This document shows, in pieces, positions 26,140 through 39,339 of a DNA stretch of 64,000 nucleotides. Within the stretch, counting starts at the first letter, position 1. Every line of letters begins with the position of its first letter. Location of the stretch: the NCBI GenBank assembly GCA_040285855.1, contig JAUFOQ010000016.1:124001-188000 (forward strand), written 5' to 3'. A program made the position numbers and the translations under genes. The stretch comes from Eukaryota sp. GEM-RC1 (Eukaryota). Under the pieces are notes generated by a model. The model made no database searches. It was not told where the DNA came from and saw only the letters and a program-made list of their open reading frames with translations.

Positions 26140-27460
26140 TTAGAATAGAGGCTCCATTCCTTCAACGAGAGACTCAATTCCAAGATTATCAATACCTCTC
26201 ACCAATTTGAAGTACCCCTCATCTCCCCAGGTACTACCCCAAGAGTTTTGAATCAACCAATACTTCAATCCATTCTCAACTCCATAACCAACGAGAGTTA
26301 CAGCGTGAGTAGTCTCAACAAAAGCTATTCCTTTTCTTCTTGTAGGCGACTCATTGAACATGTAAACCCCAGACTTATAGTTTCTGAAACTTGGGTGCAT
26401 GACAGAACCTTGACGAGGAACATCAAAAGAGACTCCCAAAGGACCGTTTTCAACTAAATCTCTCATAACTGCTTCTTCAGTTGTATTGCCATAGTAGTTA
26501 CCAACAATACCATAGGATCTGACCTTCCAATGCTTGTACTTTGACACATCAACACAAGCATCGTCCTTGGCAGTGTATGGGAAAGCTTCTTCTTCTACAA
26601 GACCAGTTTCAAAAGCAAATCGACCACAAGTATATCCAAAACCACCATGACATCCTTGTGTGTATGGATTACAAGATACAATATGTTGAGGAGAAAGATT
26701 GGGGGTGAACTTACCACGTGACTTGATTCGGATTCTAGCCATCATTGCGCAAGTGAATCCAAAACTGTAGCAAGATCCGCAGCTAGCCTGATTACGAACT
26801 TCAGGGACAATACCGTCATAGTCTAACCAAGAGAATTCACGAGGAAGTTCAACAGGGTGAGACGAGGAATCAAAGTACATGTTCATCTTGTTAACATCCT
26901 TGGGAACGCGGAGTCTCTTGGCTCCGTTGAGGGGGGATATCGAAGTTCTTGGAGTAGTCAACAGTGTATGTAATTGGAACTTGAACAAGATTGTCATCGT
27001 CATCGTGAGACTTAACGATGGTGACAGTACTGGGAGGGGTGTAGGAGACTCTGAGGGCTGTGATGCAACCGTACTCATTAGTGTTGAGATTGTGATACCA
27101 TCCACCAATGTCACGTCCAGATTTGTGACAATAGGACACAGTTTCTCCGTCAATGGTTTCAAAATCAAAGAAGAAGAAGAGACTCTTGTCATCAACTTGA
27201 ATCGATACACCTTGGTTGTAAACGAGGGTCCACGTACCAACGGCTGAACCTAAACGGGCGATGTTGGGCTGTTCAAGGATAATGCGGGCTTTCGATTCAA
27301 CTTCGAACTTATCGTTGCAGGTAGTGACGGGACTCTGATGAGGTTTGGAAAAGGAAATAGCCCATGTTCCAAAGGTCTGTTCAACAAGACACTCAGCGGG
27401 AATGTCTGCTAAGGCAATACAGCTTAGCAAAGCTAACAGGAGAAAAACGGTGAGATGCAT
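26140..27460 (-). CDS. CTSC: Cathepsin C / dipeptidyl peptidase I (frameshift at the G6 run near 26935)
   Basis: Signal peptide, exclusion domain (DIPAEC...GTW...GTWTLVYNQG), QASCGSCYSF, THAVTLVGYG, QNSWG. Confidence 0.92.
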
Positions 27461-27521
27461 TAAGATTTTTGGCGACTAGGAGGATCTTGTCACTTCTTTC
27501 ATTCAGTTCTACATCAACTGA

Positions 27522-28486
27522 ATGATCTGTCAGAATTGTAATTCTTCAAAAGCAATTCTGAAGCGTCCATGTAATGGCACAGCTGTTTGTAAAACATGCT
27601 TCTATACTCTTTTGAAGAAGAAGTTCATCATACCATTTCTACTTTTAATCTACTGTCTCCTGGTGATCATGTTGCCCTCTGTGTATCTGGAGGCAAAGAC
27701 TCAGCTTGTTTAGCTGAAGTCGTCTGTATCTTAAATCGTCGTTACAACTATGGTGCTCATCTCCACTTACTCTGTATAGACGAAGGCATCAAAGGATATA
27801 GAGATCTCTCCCTCAAATGTGTTAACCAACTCCAACAACGTCTAGACTTACCCCTAACTATTCTCTCCTTCAATCACATATTCGGCTTCACGCTGGACCA
27901 AGCAATCCAAGTCTCTGGCCATTCTAAATCCTGTACCATCTGTGGATCCCTTCGTCGTCGATCTCTTACAAAAGGAGCTAAACAAATAGGTTCAACAAAG
28001 CTTTGTCTGGGTCACAATGCTGACGATTCTGCAGAAACAGTTCTCCTAAATCTAATCAGAGGTGATACGCAGAAACTTCTATCTTGTTCTTCTTCTCGAA
28101 CTGGAGGAGAGGATTCCTCTTTAATTACTGATGTTACTAGAGTTCGACCTTTTATGAGATCTTTTCAAAAGGAGATTGTGCTTTACTGTCATTTTAAGAA
28201 GTTACCATATTTTAGTACTGAGTGTTTGTACGCTCACTCAGCTCTCAGAGGTGTGGCTAGGAGTGCATTGCTGGCAGTGAGTCAGAATAATTCATCAGCT
28301 GTTCTTAATTTGATTGATTCTGCTGCACAGCTTAAACCTTTAACTGAGGTGCAGGCAGAAAACAAAAGGAAGATTTACAGGTGTTCAGAATGTGACGAGG
28401 TTTCTGTTTACCATGTTTGTCAAACTTGTTGTCAGGTTAACAAGATAAAGGAAAAGTTGGAACTAGTAGAGAAGGTTCAGTCTTGA
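27522..28486 (+). CDS. CTU1/NCS6: Cytoplasmic tRNA 2-thiolation protein 1 (frameshift near 27610)
   Basis: N-terminal CxxC pairs, PP-loop SGGKDS, IDEGIKGYRD, CTICGSLRR, GHNADDSAET, YFSTECLYA, C-terminal CxxC...CxxC. Confidence 0.93.
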
Positions 28487-28880
28487 TTCAAATATGTCTA
28501 TCATTGGATATTGTTGTCTTTCTTTTAGTTTAAGAAGTTTGTTCTGCTGTTTCTGGGATTACTTTCCTGACGTTATTTACCTCAGTTGGTGGTAAGGGTT
28601 TTACTGAGACTAATTGGTTTGTACAGTGTGGATTTCTACAGCTCATTCCTAAAGCTATGAATGTTGTCTAGCGGTAATGCTATAAATTGTTCTACGTGGA
28701 GTTTTTGATGTTGGCCATGTAAATAAATTATACTGTTTATTATTTCTATAAGATTAATTCTGCAAACAAAACAAGTACAGTTAACAGTGTTTATAGCGAG
28801 TGTTGGCTGTCTAGACAACTGCTAGTGCTACTGTACTTTGATTCGTTGGTCTGGAATTTTTTGCTGCCACATTTTCTGAC

Positions 28881-30211
28881 ATGTCCAAGCAGACATTGCT
28901 TGAGTCTCTTAGGTTGCAGTGTTCTTTTGCAATAAGCAATCAAGATGATCGACATGGCTGTTTATCTTCAGACGAATGTTCTCATCTTTCACGTACTGGT
29001 GTGGATTCTAAACGTCCCTCATGTACTTCACCTCCACCATCCTCCACCATTGTTTGCCGTAATGTCCCTCCGTTTCAGCGGTTCTTGTTAATATTGATTA
29101 TTAGTCACATATCAACATTTCTCTGTTATAATTACTGTGATCTGAAAGACCAGTTACCAAACGTGTTTAAACAAGTTGGTTACGTCAGCAAACGTTTCTT
29201 TGGTACTACTCTTTTTCAGTAAAATTATTTCTTGAAACAAAAACATTGTCTGTTGATAATATTCGTCTTGGTCAACTTTTCTCATTTGCTTCCTTCTTTG
29301 GTGCTGAAGTGCAATCTATCTTTCTTGAAGTTAAGTCATTTCAACTTCAAGACTTTTCCAATTATTCTCATGTTATTACCGGTTTAAGTTTGGACAGGAA
29401 TCTTCAATGTGATTATAATTTCCTTAGGCCTTCATCTCATCATTATTTATGTCGTCTTAAGTCACTGAGTTGGACTGGTGGAAATTGTGAAAGTGGAAAT
29501 ATGTTGGCTGAGATGTTAAAACTTAACTGCAAAATTTCCAAGATTTATCTGCCTGGTAGCTCCATTAGTCCTGCACATACTATTAAACTAACAGAAGCTC
29601 TACAAGTCAATTCTACAATTCCCAGGATTTTGTCGAATTCTAACTCTATTGGTGTTGAAGGTGCTAAAGCATTGGCCGAAGCGTTGAAACTAAATTCTAC
29701 ACTTATTGAAGTTGATCTGAGTTCTAACTCTATTGGTGTTGAAGGTGCTAAAGCATTGGCCGAAGCGTTGAAACTAAATTCTACACTTATTGAAGTTGGT
29801 CTGAGTTCTAACTCTATTGGTGTTGAAGGTGCTAAAGCATTGGCCGAAGCGTTGAAACTAAATTCTACACTTATTGAAGTTGGTCTGAGTTCTAACTCTA
29901 TTGGTGTTGAAGGTGCTAAAGCATTGGCCGAAGCGTTGAAACTAAATTCTACACTTACTAGAATTAATTTGCGTGATAACTCTATCGGAGATGTAGGCTC
30001 AATATCGTTGGCCGGAGCGTTGAAAGTCAATCGCACAATTACTCGAATTAATCTTCGTGGTAATTCTATCGGAAATGAAGGAGTGATTGCATTGGCTGAA
30101 GCATTATCAATCAATTCCACTGTAACTAGAATTTCCCTTCTTGATCGTTCTTTTAAAGATTCAACACGTATACTGATCAAGAAAAAGTCAAAAGGACGGA
30201 TCAATAGGTGA
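28881..30211 (+). CDS. LRR protein of the same family as the 7581 and 55417 copies (frameshift at the T-run near 29215)
   Basis: QVGYVSKRFFGTTLF|SVKLFLE aligns with KVGYVSKRFLDSTVLSVKVFLE of the 55-kb copy. C-terminal 28-aa LRRs. Confidence 0.8.
29637..29957 (+). repeat. Four near-identical 84-bp LRR-coding units
   Basis: TCTAACTCTATTGGTGTTGAAGGTGCTAAAGCATTGGCCGAAGCGTTGAAACTAAATTCTACACTTA recurs at 84-bp spacing. Confidence 0.9.
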
Positions 30212-30583
30212 TCTTAATTGTTAAAACACTGTGAGTCATCATCTTTATTTTCCTTTAATTATGCATTCTAATTTAATCACCGTTAGCTTCTTCTGATAAA
30301 TGATATAAATTATGTTTTGATCAAAGAAATGAACTGAAGCAAAAAACTCAGATAATTTGAATGAAATATTGAACAAAAATTTGTCTGATGGCGACACCAC
30401 AGACAATAAGTCATTTAAGACACTTTTGCATTGCCCAATACAGTGATAACTCAAACGTTTTTGGCCAATCAATACAGTGAATATATGTATTTACATTGAG
30501 TCTTATCAGAACATCTCAGAAGCTCTCATAGAGAATCTGATAGAAAATTACAATTACGAACAAAAACATCAGTTTAGGCACCA

Positions 30584-33500
30584 ATGGGTTGGACCATCAC
30601 TTTGATACTCATCACCCTACTTCCATGGACACTTGCTTTCTTATTGTCCTTAATTCTCTCTTTGATATTGAAGAAGACTGTCCGTATCCGACGATTTGGC
30701 TTCCTGTCTCTTCATGACATTACTATAAGTACTTCTGTGTTGTCCGTTCATGTTACACATCTTCGTGTGTATTTCCCTCTTACTTTTAGTTTTGGTGATA
30801 TTTCTGTTACTCTTCATGATTCACCTTCACCAAAGACCAAAGCTTCTCCCATTACAACACCTAATATCACATATCCTTACACCTTGATCTCTTTCATTCC
30901 CGCTCTGTTCACTGTCATTCTACCCTCCATCACTGTGAACTATGTTTCTCAAGCTACTATTACGGTTACACTATCTGATATCACTACTACTGTTACCACA
31001 GACAAATCGTCTTCAGCTTCAATCTCTGCTTCAACTACATGTTCACACGTTTCTCTCTTACCTTCAAAGCCTCTTACCACGAAGTTTGGACAAACTAATA
31101 TTGTTCTTGATAATGTTGTTTTAGACTTTTTCTTTTCCCCTTCATCTCAACCAACAGTTTCAGTTTCTTGTTTAAATGTAAAGTCAATCACGTCTAGTGA
31201 TCAGTTCAATTCTCACCACTGATTTGGCTTCAATCAACAATCTCACTCTAACACCAAACTTCTTCTACATTGATTCCATCTCGATGTCTCTCTCTACACC
31301 CGTTCTACTCGCTTTGTCATCACTTCGTCCTTCAATCAAAGCATCTAGTTCCCCATCACGTATTTCCAATCTACCCCCTGGATCATTTTTGATTGAAAAG
31401 ATAGACGTGAAGTATCTTATAACAGAAAGCACTAGTGTTGATGTGTCACTTTCCGTTGTTGAACAGTCAATCAATAAGAGTTTTGATTGCTTATGGTCAG
31501 TTCAACAAAGTTTAATTTTCCTTAATAATCATCAATTAGTCAATGGAAGTCAAATGACTATCGGAGTTGACATGCAAGAGTTAAAAAACATTCAACAAGG
31601 GTTTTTAATCGGATTTGATAGTTTGGAAGTTGTTTTTCCGTATTCAGACAATCCAATAGGTCAAAATGTTTTTGAGCTGATTAAATCTGCGACAATTGTT
31701 CAAAGTGTACTTGATCCTATCCAATCAGGCCGACCTCCAAGGTCAATCAAGGTCAAAATCGACTATTTCTCTTTCTCATTGTTAGACGATCTATTTGAAG
31801 TAAAATTGGAAACTATTTATCTTTTCAAACAACGAAAGTATGGAGACGTTGTCAAAAGAAGATCGTATTTGGAAAACAAAATCTCTGATCGTGGTTTTTC
31901 CAAGATTGTCGCTGATTCTCTTAGAGATGAGCTTACAGTCAAGGAAAGTCGTCTTTGGATTGAAGGGGTACAGAAAGTGTTATCCAAACAGAAGGCAAGT
32001 AGAGATCTTGTGTCAATCACTTGTCGTGGTATTGAGCTATTGCTTGGTGAAGAGGAGTGGTTTTCTAACGAAGAAGAAATTTTAAATTTCGTCAAAAATT
32101 GTGATGAATATGACACTTCTTGTCACCTACAACATTTCCTACCATTCAATCTATTGTTGTCTCTTCATCAACTGTCAATCAAACTCCGTGATTTTGAGCC
32201 TATTTTGACATGTGAGCTCTTTTCAATCACTGGTCCGTTAATCCTATCAGACTCTAGTACATTTACTGAACAATTGGTGCCAGTTTCTTTTAAAATGCCA
32301 ATGACAAACCCACCCTATCTACTCTCTACAGCTTCACCTACATTTTCTAAAATTTATTCCAATTTTGAAATAACCCTCTCAGACTCTCTCCTTCGATATT
32401 CCAAATGCTGGCAACCAGTCATTGACCTAGTTTCCAATGTATTTGACTGTCACACACCTCCCTCAGTTGTTTCCTTTCCTCCTCTTCGTCCTTGGGATAA
32501 GCTAAGGTTGATGATGGTTGGAAGACCAAGAATTCGATTGCTCAGGTCTACCCTCTTTTTAGGAACTTCTTTATCGCCTTGGAGTTGGAGGAATTGTTTG
32601 ATTACTCGGTGGAGTTCTTTGGAAATTGATCTAAATATTAAAAATCCAAGTCGTTTTCCAATTATTAAAATTTCTTTCTCAGACTTTCAAGGTATTTCGT
32701 CACTATCTTCTGGTTCTAATCTTGGAAATACTCCTTTTTCTGTGACTTTTCCAAAATCTGACAAATATTCAAATGTGCCAAACTCTTTAAATTCCCCTTT
32801 TGGCGCTTCTCCCCAACCAATATGCAAGTCTCCTTTAGTTAAAGCCAGGGAGGAAACAAATAAGACCATCTTTCTGTTTTCTTCACTGACTATAACGTCT
32901 ACTCTTGTCCCTCACTCGTTTGAGTGCAATCAATCACGAATTGCTAATGAATGGGACCGTAATCATGTTGATTGTGATTGTGGTTGTCGAAATGTATATG
33001 CTAGACATATATTCCCCATTTTAACTCCTAATAAAACAGCCAAAATGGATGCAATCATGTATCTTTATGACCCAAATCCACGTGATTGTTTCATTCCTAC
33101 CTCTTTAACAAGAGATCAAAATCAACTTTTAAAGAGTCATCAATATCGACGTGTTGATTGCTTTTCTGAGGTAATGATTGATGGTATGAGCTTTTCTTTA
33201 AATAACTTGAATCTGACGTGTTTATTGAAGGTGTTGAAAGGGATGACACGTGGCTATTCAGTTTACCCTGTAAAATCATGGAAAAAGGCAATCAAAAATG
33301 ATTGTTGGCCAGAAGCAGATCTCATTTCTCCCAATGAGTTGATTCGATTATTGTCAGCACGCTTAACATGTAAAAACATGTCAATCAATTTCTCCAAAAT
33401 TTTAAATATTTCAATTGATAGTTTCAGCACACAGTCTTGTCTGTTTAACTACCTTTTCAATTTGAAAAATCCAAAGACTTCTATCAAAAGAGTTGCGGCT

Positions 33501-35368
33501 TGGCAATTTGAATCAATGATTTCTGAATTCAGGAATATTTTAGTTAATTCAAGTAGAACTAATTCGATGTTTGATTCATCGTTGTGTATGTTGAAATCAC
33601 TTTCGTTTAACATACCTTTATCATCATCTTTCATAACACAAAGACGTCTCTTTAACTCAAACTATTTTCCTTCAAATATTTTAAATTTCTCAGGTAGTGA
33701 CGCGTCTCCTTCTGTATTTGAAGTTCCTTCTTTTCGACCAATACTCTCTCCTCAACAGCTTTTTTCTATTTGGCGAGGTGAAGAAAGAACCAATATTAGC
33801 GCCGATGAAATATGTCTTGCCATTCAATCTCCAAAATTAAAAATTTATGAATTATTGTCGCTAATGTCGAATCTCATTCCCTTTTCTCTCGAATTATTAA
33901 CCACACTGAACATTTTCTCAAGATCCCAGTTTGTAGTAGTCGACTATGATGTCCCTAATCCACTTACCCATCTCTTCAATCAAATATCAATTTTGATTGA
34001 TTGTCCTCAACTTGCTCTTTCTGATACGATAGTCTTGGCAGGTTCATTATTTTCTGTAAGAATCCACAATCTGTGTGAAATCAAAGCTAATTGTGTTGGA
34101 TTCCGTTGCCTCTTAGCTCCAATAGTAGCTGCTGACGAGGGCCTTTGGGCTGAACCTGACTCTGATCTCCGTGACATCACGTCATCAGTCAAGCTGTTTC
34201 ATCCACTTAATGACCCACTTGACGTTTCTGTTTGGTACAGAATTGACGAGAATTCACTAACATGTTCCATACCCCTTGTTAATTCTAGTGTTTCTGCAAG
34301 TGACTTCAAGACCTTTATCCATGCTCTTCAGTGTCTATCAGAATCTGTTCCTACACATGCTATAATGGATCTGCAAGACTTCTTTGGAAGTGATTCTAAA
34401 AGCACATCTGGTCCAAATCCAGTTTCAATCAAATTTAATATTGATAATGCTGAGGTTAGTTTGAATCATGATAGTGTGTTGTTTTTCAAGTCTATTGTCA
34501 AGAACATTAAGTTTCATGATTCTCTAGATTCATCTAACAAAAAGGCTGTAGATTCTGTCTTGACTTTTGAAAAAGTCCAGTGTTTCTCTTACCTAGAGTC
34601 CGAATCTTCCTCTTTTTCAAAGTCTTAACTCTTCAGGAATATTCCAGTTTTGGCACTAGCTCAGATTTCTTGAGAGTCTGTCTAACTCGACTGCCATCAG
34701 TTGGAGGAGTTTCCGTTTTTGAAAATTTTGATGTAATCGTGATGCCTATCGATGTAAGGCTCACAGCTCAATTGGTAACTCTTCTACAGGAATTTATTGA
34801 TAGGAATGACGAATTAGACAAATCTAGGGAGTTTTATGATTCGGAAACGGAAGGTCTTGCTACTTCCGATCTTGATTTTGACCCTATTGATGATCCAGGT
34901 GATCTAATCATTCCTACTCATAGAAGGTCTCGTGTTGAATCAGATTTAGGCTCATTAAGTGATGAAAATAGTGGAAATAGTCAAGATAGGTCTTCATTTA
35001 TGACCTTCCATCACGTGAGAGTAGCTCCTTTACAGCTATCTGTTTCCTACAAGGGCTCCAAAACAAGAAATATTCAGGATTTTTCAAATTTAAGAATTCT
35101 TCTTCCACAGCTTACATATTCAAACAAAACCCTTTCATGGACTGAACTTGGAGATCTAATTCGTCATGAAGTAATTACTAGAGTTTTACCTCAGACGGCA
35201 GCTGGATTTTTGTCAGAAAAGATTACAAATGTTTTCAGGAAGAACACTGCTGAAAGACAGGAAAAGTCAAGATGGAAAAGGAAGAAGTATGTTCATCCTC
35301 TTTCTGGAGCTATAGAACAAGTGGAGGAAAAAAAACAACTTTTTAGTGGAATATTTAGGACAAAGTAG
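30584..35368 (+). CDS. BLTP2/FMP27: Bridge-like lipid transfer protein, BLTP2/Hobbit/FMP27 family (two frameshifts)
   Basis: N-terminal TM anchor, DDLFEVKLETIY, PLRPWDKLRL, VFENFDVIVMPIDVRLT, LSVSYKG...LPQLTYSNKTLSWTEL. Confidence 0.8.
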
Positions 35369-36059
35369 AAGAAACATTGGTTTATTTCTTTCTTGGGTTA
35401 TTCCCAACCGTGTTTACGGACTCTCAATAATTTCTCTTTTCATTCTACGGTAGATTCCCTTTTCTTCTTGTGCTGATGTACAAGATAGCTGTCATTGTCA
35501 GGGTGATCTTTGCTTGATAGTTTCAATTGTTTCTAGAAAAGTTAGTACACATTGATCATCAGGTTCGCTGGAACCTTAATTGAAACCAAACGTCTCTCTC
35601 CAATACATAAAATACAAATGACCGTAGCATATTCTCGTCTGTGTGTCGGTTCTAGTATATATATACATGTCTCCCCTTTTGTATGTGAATAAATTGTGTT
35701 AAATTCCACTAATAAAAAGTCTCGGTTTTTTTTTGAAGCTGTTTGTAGCAGATAACAAAAGAAGTAGAAAGTACGAAATTAGTATTAGTGCATCCATTTG
35801 GACAGAGCTCATTGGGAGGATGGACTTTGTGTATTTCTGTAAATTATGAAAATTTAATTTTCTTCAATTTGTCAGTATTTTACTCTGCGATGCGGCTTAA
35901 GCCGACTTTTTTTCCATTTTGGTCAGATGCTGATCCCAGAAAGTAACAACACAAGCCAGTGCCAGTTTATGTTCATAATTGACAGTATATTGGTTGACTT
36001 GTGCGTGAAGGATGTGAACACTGTTCTGCAATCAAGGATATGTTACACTTCAGTAAGTA

Positions 36060-36265
36060 AGTCTTCGGGCGCACTTCCTGGATTTCGTGACCATTGACTG
36101 AGTAACTTAGTCAATTTGGCAATACACCTCCTGTGGTTCTCAACTCAAATGGATATTCCCAAAGTACACAACTTTGTTAATTTTCATTTTGATTAGAGTA
36201 TCGAAACCACAGACACTCAGTGAGCTAAGCCCACTTCGCTGTGTACTGTTAGGAGTACACTAAAG
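36060..36265 (-). ncRNA. Candidate Fanzor omegaRNA scaffold
   Basis: Four stem-loops directly 3' of the Fanzor-side stop: 36241-36260, 36219-36235, 36160-36176 and 36093-36115. Confidence 0.4.
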
Positions 36266-38770
36266 TTATTTACGAGAGACCTTATAATCCTTGACTGACT
36301 TTACGCTTCTTCTTTTAGGCGAACTCATTTCTTTTGGTGGATTCTGGCATGACCTTTTGTTATGACCTTCTTGGCCACAATTTCCACATGTATTCTTCTT
36401 TCCTGTCGAAGTTTTGTTCTTTCCTGTTGAAGTTTTTCTTCTTTTTGGTCGCAGTCTTCTTCTTCTTCTGGTCTCTCGCCAAAGTATCCTTACCACTCTC
36501 GAGATCTGTTGTTTGAGTTTTAGATCTCTCGAGAGCGGATGGCCTACCTTGACCATTGATCGTTGCTTCAATGATGGAATAGATATTAATGGCAGAATTT
36601 AGGTCTCTATTCCAATAAGTACCACACTTAGCACCTGAACACTTTACCAGTCCCCAGGGTGTGGATTTAGCTTCTTCTTCCAATGACTTCTGCTTCACCT
36701 CCCACTCTGCTTCCAAAATCCCGTTGGTTTAGAGGATCTTGTTTGTTTTTGAGCAAAATTTCTCTTCTTAACTTTCTCTTCTTCCTTCTTAGCTGTCTCT
36801 TACCTTTGGGACCAAGAACCTTTAGTTCTGAAACATTTTCACATTCTACGAAAGTTGATTTTTCCTAAGCACATTTGGAACAACACTTGCTTGTTCTGTA
36901 TTCATCAACAAGAAATATTTGGTATCCATATCTTCTTAACATTTTACGGATTTCCGCTCCTCTAACAGTAGACGTTTTACCCTTTCTTGTTTTACCTTTT
37001 GAGCTCCAATCCCCATAGCCAATGACGACGTCTTCTGGAGGTCCATATGTTAAATTGAAGCGTTCTAGCATGTTTTTCTCCGAACGTTGGTTATTAGAAT
37101 AAATTTGGAATTTCCTCTTTCTAAACCAGTCATCTTCGTAGAAAGAACTCAAATATACGTTATATCGTTCGGCTTCTTTAATATATGTTCCAAATGTGTC
37201 ACTGAAACACGACTTTCTTTCCCCATTTGATACAGCATTGGAGAATTGGTAAGTGACATCTCTTCCTGTTACAAGAATTCTATCAGAGCGGAGAACCAAA
37301 AAATCTTTAAGTTGTCTTTCAGTGACAGTTTCGTCTGGTGATTCGATAGAAAATTCTTTCAGTTTTCTATTTTCAGATTTACGATATTTTTTAGATTTCC
37401 TATCATAAGCTCTTTCTCCCGCTGTGTAATTAAACTTCTTCCATTTGTGCTTAGCCTTTTTCTTTGATTTTACATCATTATTCGAATTTTTCCAATCTTG
37501 TAACTGTTTCTTTCTTTTCTTAATTCCTCCTCTTTTCTTACTTCTTATTTCTGAGGGTAATCGTTTTTTGAATGGATTTTTTTCTGAAATATCTTCTTCT
37601 TTAAGCTCATCGACTGTCTTTTCTGAAACACAATACATTAAATCATATTCATTGGGATCGACACCGACAATTCTTTTTTTCTTTCAATTGTAATTCGTGA
37701 ATATTCTCATTTGATAAAGAGTGAATGTATCTTTCCGAAGTTCTGAGAGATTTAGCAATAAAATCTTTGAAAGTATTTCCATCTTCATCAACCAAATCTT
37801 TCCTCATTAAAACCAAACAACAAGAAATTCCATCTGTCAGAATTGAAGAATATCTAAAGACAAATGATTTTGTTGGTGCCACAGCTTTGTCAGTAAGGAC
37901 CTGATCAAAGACCTTTTTTCTTATTTCATCTGCATTTTTGCCACGTATACGTACAAATCTTTGATTAATCCAATCAGTGTCCAAACGAATATGCTGAGGA
38001 ATCAATGTCTTCGTCATTGGAAAAGGGTTGTTTACACTGATTGGTTTTCCATCAACCAAACACAAAGATTGTATTGTTCGGTTGATGTACAGAGCATGAG
38101 AAATTAACTCTGTCGGCTTTGCTTTCTGTAAATAGTAAATGTTCTTTTTTGAAAACATTGGAAACAAAGAAAATTTCAAATACGCAAAAAACCTCAATGT
38201 TAGTTCTTCACGTGGATAAGGGAAAATCTCGTGATCTTTAATTGGAATGTCATCAAAATTTCCATTGATAATCGAATCTCTGACTGAATTCAATTTCGAA
38301 ATCAATTCTTTCTTATTTATTTGATCACTTATTTGTTCAAGTCTTACTTTCTTTCTTGTTACCAGATTAAAGAATCTGAATACATAATCATGAAAATTTT
38401 TGACCATATTGTTGGCATAATTTGTAGAAATTTGTGTGGCAGTGTAATGAAATATGGGAGACATTGACGTAGAATCAGGAAATGAAATTTGATTGGTTCC
38501 AATGTCAGTAGATAACTGCTGTAACAGTGGAGAAAAATTGTTCAAGTAGTGAAATGCAATTTTTTCTTTTCGATCATTTCTAGTCTTGAAGATTTTTGGA
38601 AATCGTCAATCACTTTTGAGCCTCTGCTCTTGACATTTCTAGTTCTGACTCTGTAATTGAAGAACCAGTTGATTTCTTCACATACATCCGTCTCAATACT
38701 TGTCTAATAGAATCGTGTTTAAGCAGTTTTTTCAAATCTGTTAAGACTACGGAAAACTTAGTGTAGGGTA
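36266..38770 (-). CDS. Fanzor: Fanzor1-type (TnpB-derived) RuvC nuclease with a C-terminal CCHC knuckle; interrupted in this assembly
   Basis: YTATQISTNYANN..NF..Y..RF.N, FP..K.LIP.HI.LDT, ILTDGISC, RuvC-I IVGVDPN (D at 37657-37659, after removing one A), IGYGDWS, LVDEYRTSKCCSKC (E at 36901-36903), WGLVKC....C..YWNRDLNSAINI (D at 36603-36605), RP. Confidence 0.88.
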
Positions 38771-39339
38771 AATCAGAAGGTTCTAACGGATCAGAAACAG
38801 ATGCATCATCTGAATCAGGCATTGTATCATGGCTCGTCATTAATTTACGTTCATTTAATGCCAACAAATCAGAAAGTTCTGATGGATACGAATCAAAATC
38901 ATGTTCATACATTAACTGCATTTCACGGAGTCGTTCCTCAAAAAAAATCATGTTCATTCATTAACTCCATTTCACGAAGTCGTTTCTCAAAAACATCATG
39001 TTCATACATTAAATCTCGTTCTTTTGATTCCGAAACAGAAGATTCTAAGAGATATACACGAAAGTAATGAGGATTCATCAAATTTAATTCACATCCACGT
39101 GTTTCAAACTCACAAATAAGGAGATGTTTCAAAAATTAGAACCCCTTACTGTTGCTCTTTGATTGCGGATAACACAGTCTTTAATTAAGACAATATTATC
39201 CTGATCTTTAATAACTTTCTCCAATCCCTTTTTCACTACTTTAATTGGATGGCGCTCTAGAACATGTTGAGTTTCTTCATCAAAGAAATATTCATGTAAT
39301 TCAGTTAAACAGTTAATTCGTTGAAGTAAATCATCAACC

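Noticed and set aside
36000..36050. Degenerate inverted copies of the 47.6-kb 14-mer (AGGATGTGAACAC, AGGATATGTTACAC) as subterminal inverted repeats of the island
   Set aside because: The matches are short, gapped and mismatched, and no TSD was found. They could be chance.
36865..36867. Stop-codon reassignment suggested by the in-frame TAG in Fanzor and TGAs at 13759 and 24178
   Set aside because: TAG ends TFIIA and BLTP2, TGA ends SPT and CTU1, and TAA ends dynein, each at the expected position. All three are used as stops.
38580..38613. 34-nt GT...AG segment that would also repair the 38610 junction as an intron
   Set aside because: It has no branch-point motif like the other intron candidates. 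Two missing bases in A-runs explain the junction equally well, so it is unresolved.
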